Assembly (NCBI RefSeq): GCF_006345805.1
Contig: NC_043005.1
Span: 11,470,001-11,534,000, forward strand
Source: Octopus sinensis
Lineage: Eukaryota
Direction: 5' to 3'
DNA: 64,000 nucleotides
Part shown: positions 13,833 to 27,110 of the stretch, piece after piece
Numbering within the stretch: position 1 is the first letter of the stretch
How the letters are laid out: each line of letters opens with the position of its first letter
Program-made: the position numbers and the translations under genes
The notes under the pieces: generated by a model
What the model saw: only the letters and a program-made list of their open reading frames with translations
Databases searched by the model: none
Told to the model about the DNA's origin: nothing

Positions 13833-14098
13833 AGAAACCTCTATTTTACTCCTGGTCGGTTGTATTCGGTGTACGTGAGACGGTTTTTTTTTTAATATGA
13901 CACTGACTTTGATGCATTTATGTAAGTCTGTTGTTATATAACCCAGTGCATTTATGGAAATAAGTACAAAAGAAAATCTATAGATTGGTAGTCTTTGAAA
14001 TTTAAATTTTCCCGAGAGAAGCTTAATTATCGAGTAGATAATGGCTTATTAGCAACTATTCATTGATTCTAGAAAAATCTGATCAGGTACCTGGCTCC

Positions 14099-14233
<135 letters not shown>

Positions 14234-14256
14234 ATACACACACATATATATGTATG

Positions 14257-14288
<32 letters not shown>

Positions 14289-14477
14289 CGCGTGTGCGTG
14301 TTTGAAAGAGAGAGAGAGAAGAGACATAATATATAAAAGTGATAAGGAAATCAAGTGTAGCTGTCGTTCACCTAATTATCCACACAATATATATATAGAG
14401 ATAGATAGATATAGATATATAGATATATATATGCATATACACATGTATGTATGCGTATACGTGTGCATTTGAATGTG

Positions 14478-14514
<37 letters not shown>

Positions 14515-15197
14515 AATTGCTTACTTAGCAGGGATAAATCAGACCAAACTAATATCAATCATTTTACGTTTGGGATTTCAGAGCTTCATAAAATTTATTC
14601 CAACTACATTGATGGTCGAAATAGAATGAAGCACTTACCATCCTGCATCGAAGCTCGTCTTTTGCTTAGCTCTATGCAGTGCTAGGTATGTTACCTACCA
14701 GCCTTGAAATGATTATTTGCTTTATCAGTATTTGCCGTTTGGTTTCACAGAAGTGTTATTGCGTTATCAAACATCAGCTACGAACTAAAACCTCTGACAT
14801 TTCCAATGTTAAAGCTTCCCCACCGCCCACTTTCTCCTAATATACTCTTACTAATATTCAGTTTCACTTAGACGCAAGGGATTTAAAAGCTTCCATTTCA
14901 TCTTTAATTCATATAATTTCGTAATTTTAGTTTGCGCTTAGCTTTATCCTTTTCTCTCAGGATAAATGTATTTCAGCAACATTTTCCACTTCAGTTTGAA
15001 GACAGATATTGTCGAAATACAATGATATATGGGATACATAAGAGTGATTTTTCTTTTAATGTATATATAGTATTACGGTGTAAGCGCAGTAAAACCAAAT
15101 GGTTTACAAGTTCACCTCACAGCTATAACGTCCCGAATTCAATCCTAATTCATGGAATCTTGGGAAAAATAAATTCCATATTCTTTCTACTCAAACG

Positions 15198-15850
15198 AAA
15201 TACCTATTTCTTTACTACGCACAAGGGGCTAAACACAGATAGGACAAACAAGGACAGACAAAGGATTAAGTCGATTACATCGACACCAGTGCGTAACTGA
15301 TACTTATTTAATCGACCCCAAAGGGATGAAAGGCAAAGTCGACCTCGGCGGAATTTGAACTCAGAACGTAGCGGCAGACGAAATACCTATTTCTTTACTA
15401 CCCACAAGGGGCTAAACAAAGAGAGGACAAACAAGGACAGACAAACGGATTAAGTCGATTACATCGACCCCAGTGCGTAACTGGTACTTAATTCATCGAC
15501 TCCGAAAGAATGAAAGGCAAAGTCGACCTCGGCGGAATTTGAACGCAGAACGTAAAGACAGACAAAATACCGCTAAGCATTTTGCCCGGCGTGCTAACGT
15601 TTCTGCCTGCTCGCCGTCTTGGAAACAAGTGTATATTCCTTTCTACTCGAGGCACAAAGCCACAATTTTGGGTGTATGGTGCCAGTCGATTAGGTCGACC
15701 CCAGTACGCAACTGGCACTTAATTTACCGACCCTCGAAAGGATGAAAGGCAAAGTCGACTTCGGCAGAATTTGAACGCAGAACGTAAAGACAGACGAAGT
15801 ACCGCTAAGCATTTTGCCTGGCGTGCTAACGTTTCTGCCAGCTCACCACA
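15198..15850 (-). mobile_element. SINE family B cluster (single copy plus head-and-body multimer)
   Basis: Repeated gtcgacctcggcggaatttgaac blocks; gacgaaatacctatttcttta junction. Confidence 0.9.
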
Positions 15851-15987
15851 TTAATCCGGAATTGACATTGTATGTCTTCTACCCGGATTCAGCAGATTAA
15901 TGTATCAATCAAATACTGGGATCGATTTATTCAGCTAAACCCTACAACGGCATGACTGAGAGGTTCTGTAGATCGTTTTTCTCCTAT

Positions 15988-16382
15988 CTTTTACTTATTT
16001 CAGTCATTTTAACTGCGGCCATGACGGGGCATAGCCTTTGAGGACTTTCTAGTCGAATAAATCACCCCAAAGACTTATGTTCTTAAAGCTGAGTACATTT
16101 TTCTGTCGGAATCTTTTATCGTACCACTAAGTTACGGGGGACATAAACACATGAACACCAGTTGTCAAGCGGTGGTGGGGGACAAATACAGACACAAAGA
16201 CACACAATTTACACAAGCGCACACACTCACACATGTATGTATGTGTGTATACGACAGGCTTCTTTCAGTTTCCGTCTAACAAATCCATTCACAAAGCTGT
16301 GGTTTGCCGAGGCTTTGGTTGAAAAACTCTCCCAAGGTGCAACACAGTGGTACTGAACCCGGAATCATGTGGTTGAGAAGCA
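15988..16382 (-). mobile_element. SINE family C, degenerate
   Basis: cagtcattttaactgcggccatg and tctttcagtttccgtcta blocks. Confidence 0.8.
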
Positions 16383-16431
16383 CCTATATATATATAATAT
16401 ATATATATATATTATATATATATATATAATA

Positions 16432-16585
16432 CAAAATGGGACAAGAATGCAAAACATCCGGACAGCTAGGTGATACAAAAGGGGACAAGAAAACATTCAG
16501 ATAGACGATACAAAATACAAGGATGGGTCATTCGAAGCTTCCTATCCTCAGTCAAGAACTGGATCATCCTCGCAATTTCGCTGAT
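16432..16585. mobile_element. Short repeat fragment in (TA)n, related to 60860-60950 (opposite strand)
   Basis: gggtcattcgaagcttcctatcctcagtc resembles the reverse complement of ctactgatgaaagaaaactccgaatgaccc; TA flanks. Confidence 0.55.
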
Positions 16586-17241
16586 TATATATATATATAT
16601 AATATATATATATATATATAACATAAGGGACTAAAGCCATCTGAATATGGCTATGGACAGGGCAGGGTGGTGGGGGTGTTACTGTTGCATTTAGCCCCAG
16701 GCGAACATCAACGTCGCCAGATATCCTATGTTATGGAGCAGTTACTGTCTATATCTCATTTAGAGAATTATTATTGCTATATATATATATATATATATAA
16801 TTATATCTATAAATAAATATACATAATTATATCTATAAATAGATATAATTATGCAAGTATGTATATATGTTATTTCGTGCCTGTGTGTTTATGTGGACAG
16901 GTTGTGCCTGTGGTCAGGGTGGTCAGGTGACGAGCCTCGTTCATAGATGTGGTGGTGTTAGTGGTGGTGGTGTGGGAACAGTGGATTAAAGTATTACTAT
17001 GCTTGATATGCTCGTCGATCTCTGAATGTTGAAAACGAAAATCAGTCACGAAGAGTATAGGCTCAGAATCTTTAGAGGCGTCACTAAACGCACCTGTCTG
17101 GTTAAGTCAAAAAGAGATCCTTCCTATTATCGTAAAAAGAAAATAAAAGCAGCCGCCGCCGCCACCGCCACCACAACCACCACCATTACCACTACCACCA
17201 CCATTACCACCACCACCACTACCACAACGACAACAACAATG

Positions 17242-17650
17242 GAAGAAGATTCCCGTCTCTTTCCAGCTATCCGTTTGTCATTTGACGGCCTATCTTTTTG
17301 TTTTATTAAAAAGTCAGTGTTGTTTGCTATATTGTGTGTAAACAACCGATGGAATGTTCACTGCTGGAAATTCCTTCAGTCACAAGTCTGCTCGATGAGA
17401 GTCGACTTGGTGTTAAACAATAAAAAACGGAAGAAGATTCTCGGCTCTTTCCAGCTATCCGTTGTCATTTGGGCCGATTCGAAATTTCGACTAAATTTCT
17501 TTCAAACCGCAGCCTATCTTTAAAAAAACCCCAAAAAATCTCAGTGCTATTTGCTATATTATGTGTAAACTACCGTTGGAGTGGTCACTGCTGGAAATTC
17601 CTATAGTCACACGTCTGCTCGATCAGAGTCGACTTGGTGTTAAACAACAA
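17242..17650 (+). repeat. Diverged tandem duplication (two ~190-220 bp units)
   Basis: Both units start gaagaagatt..ctctttccagctatccgtt and end gagtcgacttggtgttaaacaa. Confidence 0.85.
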
Positions 17651-18748
17651 CAACGACGACTACATCAAACACAAGATCAACGACAACAACCTTCGACTAT
17701 ATCAATAGTGATAGAATACGGAGGACAGTAATGAAACCCATAACAATGCAGATGAAAGAGAAGAAAATATTGAATATTTCGTTCGGCTTTAATAATTCCC
17801 AATTGTTAACAGAAAATGTAATGAAATGTAAAAAAATATTTAAAAAAATATATGCAAGCCATTATAATATACGCTGGCGAAGCAGAGAGCGTGGACGAGG
17901 TATGACATTAAAATCAGCCAATTACCTTTTGACAGTCTTGGCGGCTGTTCATTTACGGTTTTACATGTTTGATGAAGAGCTTTTTCTTTATTCTATTGTC
18001 TTTTATTTTGAAAAAAAATTTTGTTTGCAAGTATTCGTTGTTTCTAATGAAGGTGTTCGAACAAACTGTAATCTCTGCAATTGTTCTGCTTTTTGTAACT
18101 TGACGCTTTCGCGTATACATATTCAATATGAAGAACAACGAAAGCAATATTCAGTAACAAGGACAAAAGCAAGCAAAGAGAAAGAACAGAAGTTAACAAA
18201 ATGGCGTTTAAACGTTATCTTGTTTGAACGTTAAGATGTTTTGTAAGGTTGTGTAATCTGTTGTGTATTGTATGGAGTAATCGTAGAAAATCGCCACGCC
18301 TTCTACGTGTTTTTGTCTTCTTCATTATTTCTATTATTAATACAAATAAGAGCAGCAGTGACTGCCAAAACAATAAAATCAAGAACGAAACAAGAGAAGC
18401 TACGCAATAACAATAATTGTCTCTGTGCTGATCACAAGGGCAACAAAAGAACTGAAAAGAACTACAATATGGGCATAACAAATGTTCGAGGTGCACATAT
18501 ACAAAATACATGCATACGCACACATGGGATCGCACGAGAGCGCACACACACACACAGACACACACACATACATATATAGAGATTTGTTCAAGCATATGTA
18601 TGCATATATATGTATATATATATATATATCTATTTCTATATACATAAATACATACACACTCCCATACACACACACATATATAGATTTGTTCAAGCATATG
18701 TATGTTTGTAGATATGTATGCATATATATGTATATATATATGTGTATT

Positions 18749-18784
<36 letters not shown>

Positions 18785-18795
18785 CACACACACAC

Positions 18796-18840
<45 letters not shown>

Positions 18841-19603
18841 TGTGTGTGTGTGTACATATATGCCGCAGTGCTTTCTTCTACAGAAGAAAGTTACCCATAA
18901 GTAGTGTGAATCAAAACCTAAAGAAAATTAATGCATTCTAAAAACCTCGACTACTTTCTGCTCATGTCTGCTTCCTCTGTGCCCTCTGCCCCCTTTCCTG
19001 AATGCAAATTTTCTGACAGAATTCAATGATTTCCTACGCACTAATGCTGCCGCTCTCAACTCATCAATCACGAAATTTTCTTGAAAGCCGTCCGTCTCCC
19101 CGCTTCATTCTGACATTGAAACTTGGAAATATAGGCGAGGACCCTGTTGAAGTTATAGAATTACGTCCTGAACCCCTTTTAGTGGCGTTCATTATGTTAC
19201 CTCCTTAGTTGAAGTCACTAAACAGATGAAAAGTGCTATAACACATTCCACTCACTATGGACGGTTATTAGCGTCATGAATCCACTATATAAGCGTATCT
19301 GTGTGCAAAGAGAATATTTTTTAGATTGTATTATAGAACTGAAACTGTCTTGTGTTGGGCTTTACCCAGAAGTATAATCTTTCAGAATGAGTGTATTATG
19401 GATAGCACTTACTATATAATTATTATAGGTACTGTTTTTGCTTTCATGACTCACCATCTTCCGAGTACTGTTTTGATCAGAAGGACTCGAGATCTCAATG
19501 GAAGTACAACCATTCATTATAATCATAGTCATTCATTCTTTATAATCCTAGCCGGAGCGTGTGCCTTGGTCGACTAGTCAACTTCTGTAGGTATGTCCCA
19601 AGC

Positions 19604-20018
19604 AAGGCGGCGAGCTGGCAGAAACGTTAGCACGCCGGGCGAAATGCGTGGCCGTATTTTGTCTGCCGTTACGTTCTGCGTTCAAATTCCGCCGAGGTCC
19701 ACTTTCCCTTTCATCCTTTCGGGGTCGATAAATTAAGTACCAGTTACGCACTGGGGTCGATATGATCGGCTTAATCCGTTTGTCTGTCCTTGTTTGTCGC
19801 CTCTGTGTTTAGCCCCTTGTGGTTAGTAAAGAAATAGGTATTTCGCCTGCCGCTACGTTCTGAGTTCAAATTCCGCCGAGGTCGACTTCGCCTTTCATCT
19901 TTTCGGGGTCGATAAATTAAGTACCAGTTACGTACTGGAGTCAATTTAATCGATTTAATCCGTTTGTCTGTCCTTGTTTGTCCTCTCTCTGATTAGCCTC
20001 TTGTGGGTAGTTAAGAAA
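19604..20018 (+). mobile_element. SINE family B head-and-body dimer
   Basis: Junction aaagaaatag|gtatttcg; flanked by taggtatgtcc(c/t)aagc (15/16 match). Confidence 0.92.
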
Positions 20019-20603
20019 TAGGTATGTCCTAAGCGATTGTGCTAAATCATTGTCGTATACCGTGTTTATATCACCAACCCGTTTATGTACAGAAATGCAG
20101 ACATAGCTGCCGATACGATCAAACCAATAAATACACCCGAATTTTTCAAGGAGTGAACATTCGAATTTCATGCGTTTCTACTAGTTGCCTATTCAGCATT
20201 TGTTGTTAGCATCTTTTTATAAAGATTTTCAGTTTGCAATCATTTGTCGCAATATATTAGCCCTGTGCACTTAAATTTCATCTTTTGATTTCAGCTTAGA
20301 GCTTTTCAGTTATTCTGTCTTTCATTCTAATTTAATTCACTGTTGTGTCTGACAATATAGTAGCCAGAGTGATTTTTCTCTGCATTTTCGTTATATATTT
20401 TGGAATTAGTTCTGATTTCGTTTTGTTTTCTTTTAATCCTTCCTGCTGTTTTGTCCTTGTCTGAATTTTTTTATTATTCTAGCTTTCTAATCTATATTTT
20501 ATTGTTTCCCTATAGAGAACATATTTTTTTAATGTTTCCTTATTATATTTACCTTTTTCTCTTTACTTTTATGAGTTTGTTTGATTCTACCTTTGTTAAT
20601 TTT

Positions 20604-20819
20604 TACGAGGGGTAAGGTGGGAGCTGAAAAATTCCTGGTTTTAAGGGTATCGTAGAATGCCTGTTTGAAGGTCCAGCCTTCTATTACAAGGCGAACAAAA
20701 ACTGAAGGACTGCTACAATAAGTGTGTAAATCTGAGAAGAGAATATGTTGAATAAAATCATAACTGATCCTCCTGTGTTTTCTTTTACCACAAGCCAGGA
20801 ATTTTTCACATCTCTCGTA
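20604..20819 (+). mobile_element. Mariner-derived MITE / deletion derivative
   Basis: tacgaggg..tgaaaaattcctgg / ccaggaatttttca..ctcgta TIRs with TA ends; internal KCVNLRREYVE* resembles a mariner C-terminus. Confidence 0.75.
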
Positions 20820-20880
20820 AGTTTTCTGATTGAGTCTCCTTCGTGTACGGGGTGGATATATTTAATTTTCATTTGCTTTA

Positions 20881-21112
20881 AAGGCGGCGAGCTGGCAGAA
20901 ACATTAGCGCGCCGGGTGAAATGCGTAGCCGTATTTCGTCTGTCGTTACGTTCTGAGTTCAAATTCCGCCGAGGTCGACTTTGCCTTTCATCCTTTCGGG
21001 GTCGATTAAATACAGTACCTGTTTCGCACTGGGGTCGATGTAATCGACTTAATCCCTTTGTCTGTCCTTGTTTGTCCCCTCTATGTTTGGCTCCTTGTGG
21101 GCAGTAAAGAAA
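20881..21112 (+). mobile_element. SINE family B
   Basis: Full head-to-tail match with other B copies. Confidence 0.92.
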
Positions 21113-21579
21113 TATATTTAATTTATATCGGCTTTCGAGTAACAAGTACGGAATTTTTATGTTTAAGCCTTTCAATTCTCGTAAGTGCCAGTTGTAGTTT
21201 AGACAAGAATTACCTAGTGTATTTCTAACTAATATCTTAGTAGTGAGTTCAATTTTAATATTACTTTGACTATTCTCTAGTATGCATTTTTTATATTTTC
21301 TCATCTACATATTATCAGCTAAGTCTATTGTTGAATATTCTATTGGCAAATCCAATTTATTTTTCTAATTTCAGTGTCTGAATCTAATTAAATATTCGCA
21401 GGTGAGCTTCTGATTGGATATGGTGAGCCACATGTGGGATAAATTTATAATGTTTTTCTTTTCTGTTTTGACCAATTCTGCTATTTTATTGTGTTTGTTG
21501 TTCTTGCTCTACAGTCTTATAAATATGCTGAATTTCTATTGAATTTATGGAAGCAAATTTTCCTGAAAATACTTCGGCG

Positions 21580-21790
21580 GTGGGGTGAACAATCATTAAT
21601 TTTTTAGCAAAATGTTTTGCGTTATTTGTTCCGGCACTTTAAATTCTGAGTCCATATTCTGCCGTGGTCAACTTTGCTATGCCATCCTTTACAGGTCGGT
21701 AAATGAAACTATATTTCGAGTAAGGGAGTCAATATAAGAGACTATTCCTATCCTCTTAAAATTGCTGGCTTTGTGTCTAAGTTACAAATC
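21580..21790 (+). mobile_element. SINE family B, highly degenerate
   Basis: ttctgagtccatattctgccgtggtcaactttgc block. Confidence 0.55.
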
Positions 21791-22587
21791 ATTATTCGGG
21801 AGTGGTTTTGGGCGAGGAGAATTGAGCTTTAATCAGATCAAACCTGGTTTCGTTTGATACTGCAAATATTCCTGAATAAACAAAAGCATTCAGTTTGTTT
21901 ATATTTTATAGTTTGAGTTTATGAACAAGATTTAATACGGGGCTATGTTGCATTCTTTTAGTCTCAAGGTTGTTTTTTCTTTCTTGAACAGGGATTGATC
22001 CTTATCAATTGTCTTCTTCTTCCTCCGATTACGTCCTCTTCAATAGTTAAAACTGGGCTGTCGTAAAGTGCACTCTTATACAGTTTGTTATTATGTCTGA
22101 GGTCGAGGCTAAAATTATGAAGTGTCTGCGTGACTAGTCAAACGTTTCCATGACGTCTTCTACTGTTCTCATGATTATTTTGGAGTTTAGTGCTTTTTAC
22201 TTTGTGTCGGTTGCTTGTCGTGGTGCTCCTATAGTATTTTCACCGTCGTTCGTTGGAGTACTTATTTTATTTGATAGTCTCACTTGTATTGCTTTCTTTC
22301 TTTTGCTAAGTTTTATGTTTGCACTTAATGGTTCTTATGCGATACTTTCATTGGTTTATATTTAGTCATTTTTAATGAAGTGTTACCTGAAATTGCTATA
22401 TTTTCAGTGTGTATTTTTTCTATAAACTGTTCAATTTATATTTTGACGATCTTATATTTTATTATACTCTTGATATTTTTCTCATTTCGTTATTTCCGTT
22501 CATCTTTCATACTTTCTTACTATGTTGCTCGAATATATGTTATATTTAGAATTCATGTGTAATAGAGTAACCTTTCTCAATGCGATG

Positions 22588-23584
22588 GTATGAGGTGGTC
22601 GTGAGAAGTACTAAAAATAACAGTTAAATTGCCCTTAAATCACACACCAAAAATTTTGTTTATTTTTGGCTTTATTCCTTGCATAATCGCATTAATACAT
22701 GTAAGCACAAGACAAATTCGCAAAAGTTTCTGAACATTCCTGACAATAAAAAAGCTATGTGGAGTTATATGGCGTACTTAAAACAGAGTGGAGGCGCAAT
22801 GGCCAGTGGTTAGGGCAGCGGACTCGCGGTCATAGGATCGCGGTTTCGATTCCCAGACCGGGCGTTGTGAGTGTTTATTGAGCGAAAACACCTAAAGCTC
22901 CACGAGGCTCCGACAGGGGATGGTGGTGATCCCTGCTGTACTCTTTCACCACAACTTTCTCTCACTCTTACTTCCTGTTTCTGTTGTACCTGTATTTCAA
23001 GGGGCCGGCCTTGTCCCTCTCTGTGTCACGCTGAATATCCCCGAGAACTACGTTAAGGGTACACGTGTCTGTGGAGTGCTCAGCCACTTACACGTTAATT
23101 TCACGAGCAGGCTGTTCCGTTGATTCGGATCAACCGGAACCCTCGTCGTCGTAACCGACGGAGTGCTTCCTCTCTCTCACTTAAAACAGAATTCCACCCA
23201 AATTTCGCAGTGCGAAATTGCGATCACGACGTCTTTTAATTCATAATTATTTTTATTGGTGGCAGTAAGAGACAAACCTACTTTCCTTGGATTTAACCAT
23301 GAGAGGACGTAATTCCTGTATTACGATCTACAGCAATTTCATATCGTGATCGCAATTTCGCACTACGAAATTTGGGTGGAATTCTGTTCTAAGTACGCCA
23401 TATAACTCCTCATAGCTTTTTTATTGTTAGAAATGTTCAGAAACTTTTTGCAAATTTGTCTTGTGTTCACAGGTATTAATTCGATTATGCAAGGAATAAA
23501 GCAAAAAATTAAACAAAAGTTTTGGTGTGTGATTGAAGGGCTATTTAACTGTTATTTTTAGTACTTCTCACGGTCACTTCATAC
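22588..23584. mobile_element. Long-TIR (foldback) MITE, Tc1/mariner-like, interrupted by a SINE
   Basis: 22588-22787 plus 23191-23230 is the reverse complement of ~23345-23584; ends gtatgaggtggtcgtgagaagt / acttctcacggtcacttcatac. Confidence 0.85.
22788..23178 (+). mobile_element. SINE family A nested in the MITE left TIR
   Basis: 12 bp TSD acttaaaacaga (22776-22787, 23179-23190). Confidence 0.95.
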
Positions 23585-24164
23585 CCCCTCATTCGTTTGT
23601 CACTTTGATGTCTTGATGCTTTTTTATATCTTTCTCCCCATAAACACATTCATCGGTCTATTGCTGGGATTTAAGACTAAAATTCGAATTGTCTGTATTT
23701 TATCTGTGACTAAAAGAAAAATTGAAAAATTTAAAGAATGTTTTGTTTTTAAATTTCTAAAAATTAGAAAAAAATTGTTCCATAATCAAGTGAATTCCCG
23801 TGTCTAGAATACAAATTCAGAAAAGTTTTCTGAAAATTTCAAAAAATAAAAATAGTTATGAAGTGTTATATGGCGTTCTTAACTCATTAACTGCCAAATT
23901 CTTTTATGCATATTTTTTGGCTTTGCCAGGTGTCTTAGGAGTTAAGATTATATATAGTATTTAAATTTTCTTCATATGTGAATTATACTGGAAAGTTCCA
24001 AATGGGAATCGTTGAATAAATGCATATTTATCCTTTTGCATTCAATTGCAAATTTTTGTAGTTCAAATATTGCGATTTATGATAAAAAAATGTCCTCTAA
24101 AATTTGCCAGAGATAATGACAAATTTTAATAACTAAATATTATTAAACTAAATAACGTCCTCTA

Positions 24165-24765
24165 CAGGTGTCCCCTCGATTGTGATTGGTTCTTCCTGCT
24201 TGTTGTTGATACGCAGCATTTTTGTTTTTTCCCAGCTGATCCTCAAGTCCACTCACCGTGAAGTTTTTTTTTCAGGTGGTCTACCTTATCTTGCATGTCT
24301 TGCAGGCGATGTGACAGTAGTTTTTGTATGGCTCTGAAACATGGAGAGCCACCTGCAGCAAGTACAAGAAGAACTAGACCTTCATCAACAGATGTCTCCG
24401 GCAGATCCTCCATCTGAAGTGATTCGACAGAGTACCAAACACCGACCTGTGGGAAAGGGCCAACTAGGAGCCCATACATGTTCAGATTAGGCGAAAGAAA
24501 TGGAGATGGATCGGACACACACTGCAGAAAGAACCCTCAAATGTGACACGACAAGCACTTGACTGGAACCCGCAGGGGAAAAGGAAGCGAGGATGCCCAA
24601 AGCAGACATTGAAGCGGAGCATTTTGGACGAGTTTAGGACCACCCGGCCTGACATGGTTAGCAGCCAAGAAATATGCCAATGACCACAAAAAGTGGAAAA
24701 CTACTGTTGAGGCCCTATGCTCCACATGGGAAAAAACGGAATAAGGAGAAGAAAAAGAAGAAGAA
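24165..24765 (+). mobile_element. RTE-clade LINE 3' fragment with inverted 5' segment
   Basis: Plus strand 24310-24760: FLYGSETWR, KKWRWIGHTL, RQALDWNPQGKRKRGCPK, then gaagaa tail. Minus strand 24165-24303: QDMQDKVDHL..GLRISWEKTKML (RT region). Confidence 0.88.
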
Positions 24766-24825
24766 ATATTATTGAATACACCTCTATAAATGTAATGTAC
24801 ATAAGCAATTCACTTTGAACACGGC

Positions 24826-25002
24826 GAAAATTCTAACTAGGACCCACCTGCAAGGTCATGTGCTGTTATCTTGATATGAGATCACCATGTCGCGCACATA
24901 TGGTTGTGATGCATGTGACTAGTGTACCCTTAACAGACGGGTGCTCATGATAGGTATACTGGGTTTCGTATCACTTTGATGGCATGCACTGCCCTCTCAC
25001 GC
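24826..25002 (+). mobile_element. 3' fragment of the (AAT)n-associated repeat (same family as 37654-38210)
   Basis: cccacctgcaaggtcatgtgctg..gagatcaccatgtcgcgcacatatggttgtgatgcatgtg is shared; followed by (AAT)n. Confidence 0.85.
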
Positions 25003-25005
25003 AAT

Positions 25006-25045
<40 letters not shown>

Positions 25046-25054
25046 GTAATAATA

Positions 25055-25240
25055 ATAATATTCCTTTCTACTATAGGTACAAGACCGAAAATTGTGGTGG
25101 CGGGGACTAGTGTGTCATTGGTACTTAATTTACCGATCCCGAAAGGATGAAAGGCAAAACTGTCCTCAGTGGAATTTGAACTCAGAACGAAGAGACAGAA
25201 TTTTCCCTGCATGCTACCGATTCTGTCAGCTCGCCGCTTT
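25055..25240 (-). mobile_element. SINE family B (older tail variant)
   Basis: Reverse-complement aaggcggcgagctg head; cgaaaggatgaaaggcaaa block. Confidence 0.82.
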
Positions 25241-25255
25241 AATAATAATAATAAC

Positions 25256-25332
<77 letters not shown>

Positions 25333-25549
25333 TAATCCTTTTTACTAAGAAGCACAAGACCTGAAATTTTGGTTAATTACATCAGTCCATTCCATCGATT
25401 CCAGTCCCCTCTCTCAAAATTGCAGGACCTGTGCCTTTAGTTGAAAGGGTTATTATCATTATCATCATTATTATTATTATTATTATTATTATCATTATTA
25501 TTATTATTATTGTCATCATCATCATTATCATCATCATCATTATTATTAT

Positions 25550-25720
25550 TAAGGCGGTGAGCTGGCAGAATCGTTAGCATGCCGGGCAAAATTCTTTGTG
25601 GTATTTCGTCTGTCTCTTCCGTTCTGAGTTCCACTGAGGTCAACTTTGCCTTTCATCCTTTCGGGGTCGATAAAATAAGTACCAGCTGAGCACTAGGGTC
25701 GATATAATCGACTTGCTCCT
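25550..25720 (+). mobile_element. SINE family B (older variant)
   Basis: aaggcggtgagctggcagaatcgttagc head. Confidence 0.85.
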
Positions 25721-26893
25721 CTCTTGAACTCTTTGGCATTGAGTCAAAATTTGAAACCATTTATATTTTTTATAATTTCTTTTGTTACAGGATCGAACCC
25801 GAGAGCAAAGAATTAATCGATTCCTTTGCACTATTAAAAAAAGAAATGAGATAACTGAAAATTAAACGCTCGCGTATACACACTCTAGCGTACACACACG
25901 CGCGCAATCACAAACAAATATGCGCTGCTGTGGAGAATGACAGCTTAGAACAAACTCTATAGGCTTGACTGCGTTCTAGCTGTCAGGATGTTTGCAAAAT
26001 ATCAAAACGGTCTGATATGCGCTTTTCCAGTGTCCTTGTATTGGTGATTTCAGAGTTTACATAAAATAGCCATTATCATGTGTAAGACGGATGAGGCAAG
26101 CAGTAGAAGCTACCGTGAAAATCACCCTGTCACTTTCCTTTAACAAGGAAGAGCGTTTACCCTTTCACTGCTTAATGAATATCGCAGTTGTGGTTAAAAG
26201 TGTGAGAGGAGGGCAGTTCCTTTGAAGAGAAATCCTCATCAACTTCTTCGAGTACTACTTGAAAAAAGGAAGTTTTGAATATGAGGGATGGCACTGCTTC
26301 CCTGTGTATTTTAAAAAAGTTTTGCAAATATGACCAAATTAGTGTTGCTAAATAGCCCAATACAAATGATGTAGCATTTACTAGGCCTCAAGAGTAGGGC
26401 AAACGCATTTACTGGTTTATGTGTTTCAAGGAATTTATTATTGTCTGCTTATGAATGTCTCCATTGCTATTGTTGATGAACTATTTTACTCGATGCAAAA
26501 TCCACTGTCATTTCTTGTTTTTAGATTACTTATGTAATTTACCATTGTATTGTTCCCAAACGTGCAATGAAAAAACTGTTCATATTAATAATTGGGCGGC
26601 GAGTTACGACATTCTTAAGAGAGTCGGAAAATTAGACGTTGCTGCATTTTCTGCGATACTACGCGTTCGGGGTTCAATTACAGCTGGGGTTAACTTTATA
26701 TTGCATCTAGGATCGATAAAGCAAACCACTGGAGTTGATAGTATCGTCCATTAACCCCTCGAAATTCTTAGCCTTGTGCTTGAACCTGAAACCATTCTTC
26801 ACCATCATCATCATCACCATCATCATCTTGTTGTTGTTGTTGTTATTCTTCTTCTTCTTATTATTATTATTATTATTCATTATTATTATTATT

Positions 26894-27110
26894 AAGGCGA
26901 TGTGGTTGGCAGAGTTGTTAGTACGCCGGGCGAAAGTTTAGCAGCAGTTCATCTGTCTTCGTGTTCTGAGTTCAAATTCCACCGAGATCGACTTTGCCTC
27001 TCATTCTTTTGAAATCGATAAATTAAGTAGCAGTTACGCACTGGGGGCCGACGTAATTCACTAGTCCCCTTCTCCAAAATTCAGGCCTTGTGCCTATAGT
27101 AGAAAGGCTT
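26894..27110 (+). mobile_element. SINE family B (older variant) within (TAT)n
   Basis: aaggcgatgtggttggcagag head; caggccttgtgcctatagtagaaagg tail. Confidence 0.82.

Noticed and set aside
17026-17523. 165 aa ORF with poly-T/A run
   Set aside because: It is built from an (ACC)n tract and a tandem repeat, has a TTG start and shows no splice or homology support.
17731-18234. Homeodomain-site-rich stretch as a conserved enhancer, or its 167 aa ORF as a gene
   Set aside because: Short AT-rich motifs are expected by chance at this composition, and conservation data are unavailable.
26172-26360. 62 aa minus-strand ORF with natural-looking composition
   Set aside because: It has a non-ATG start, a weak acceptor and no recognisable family.
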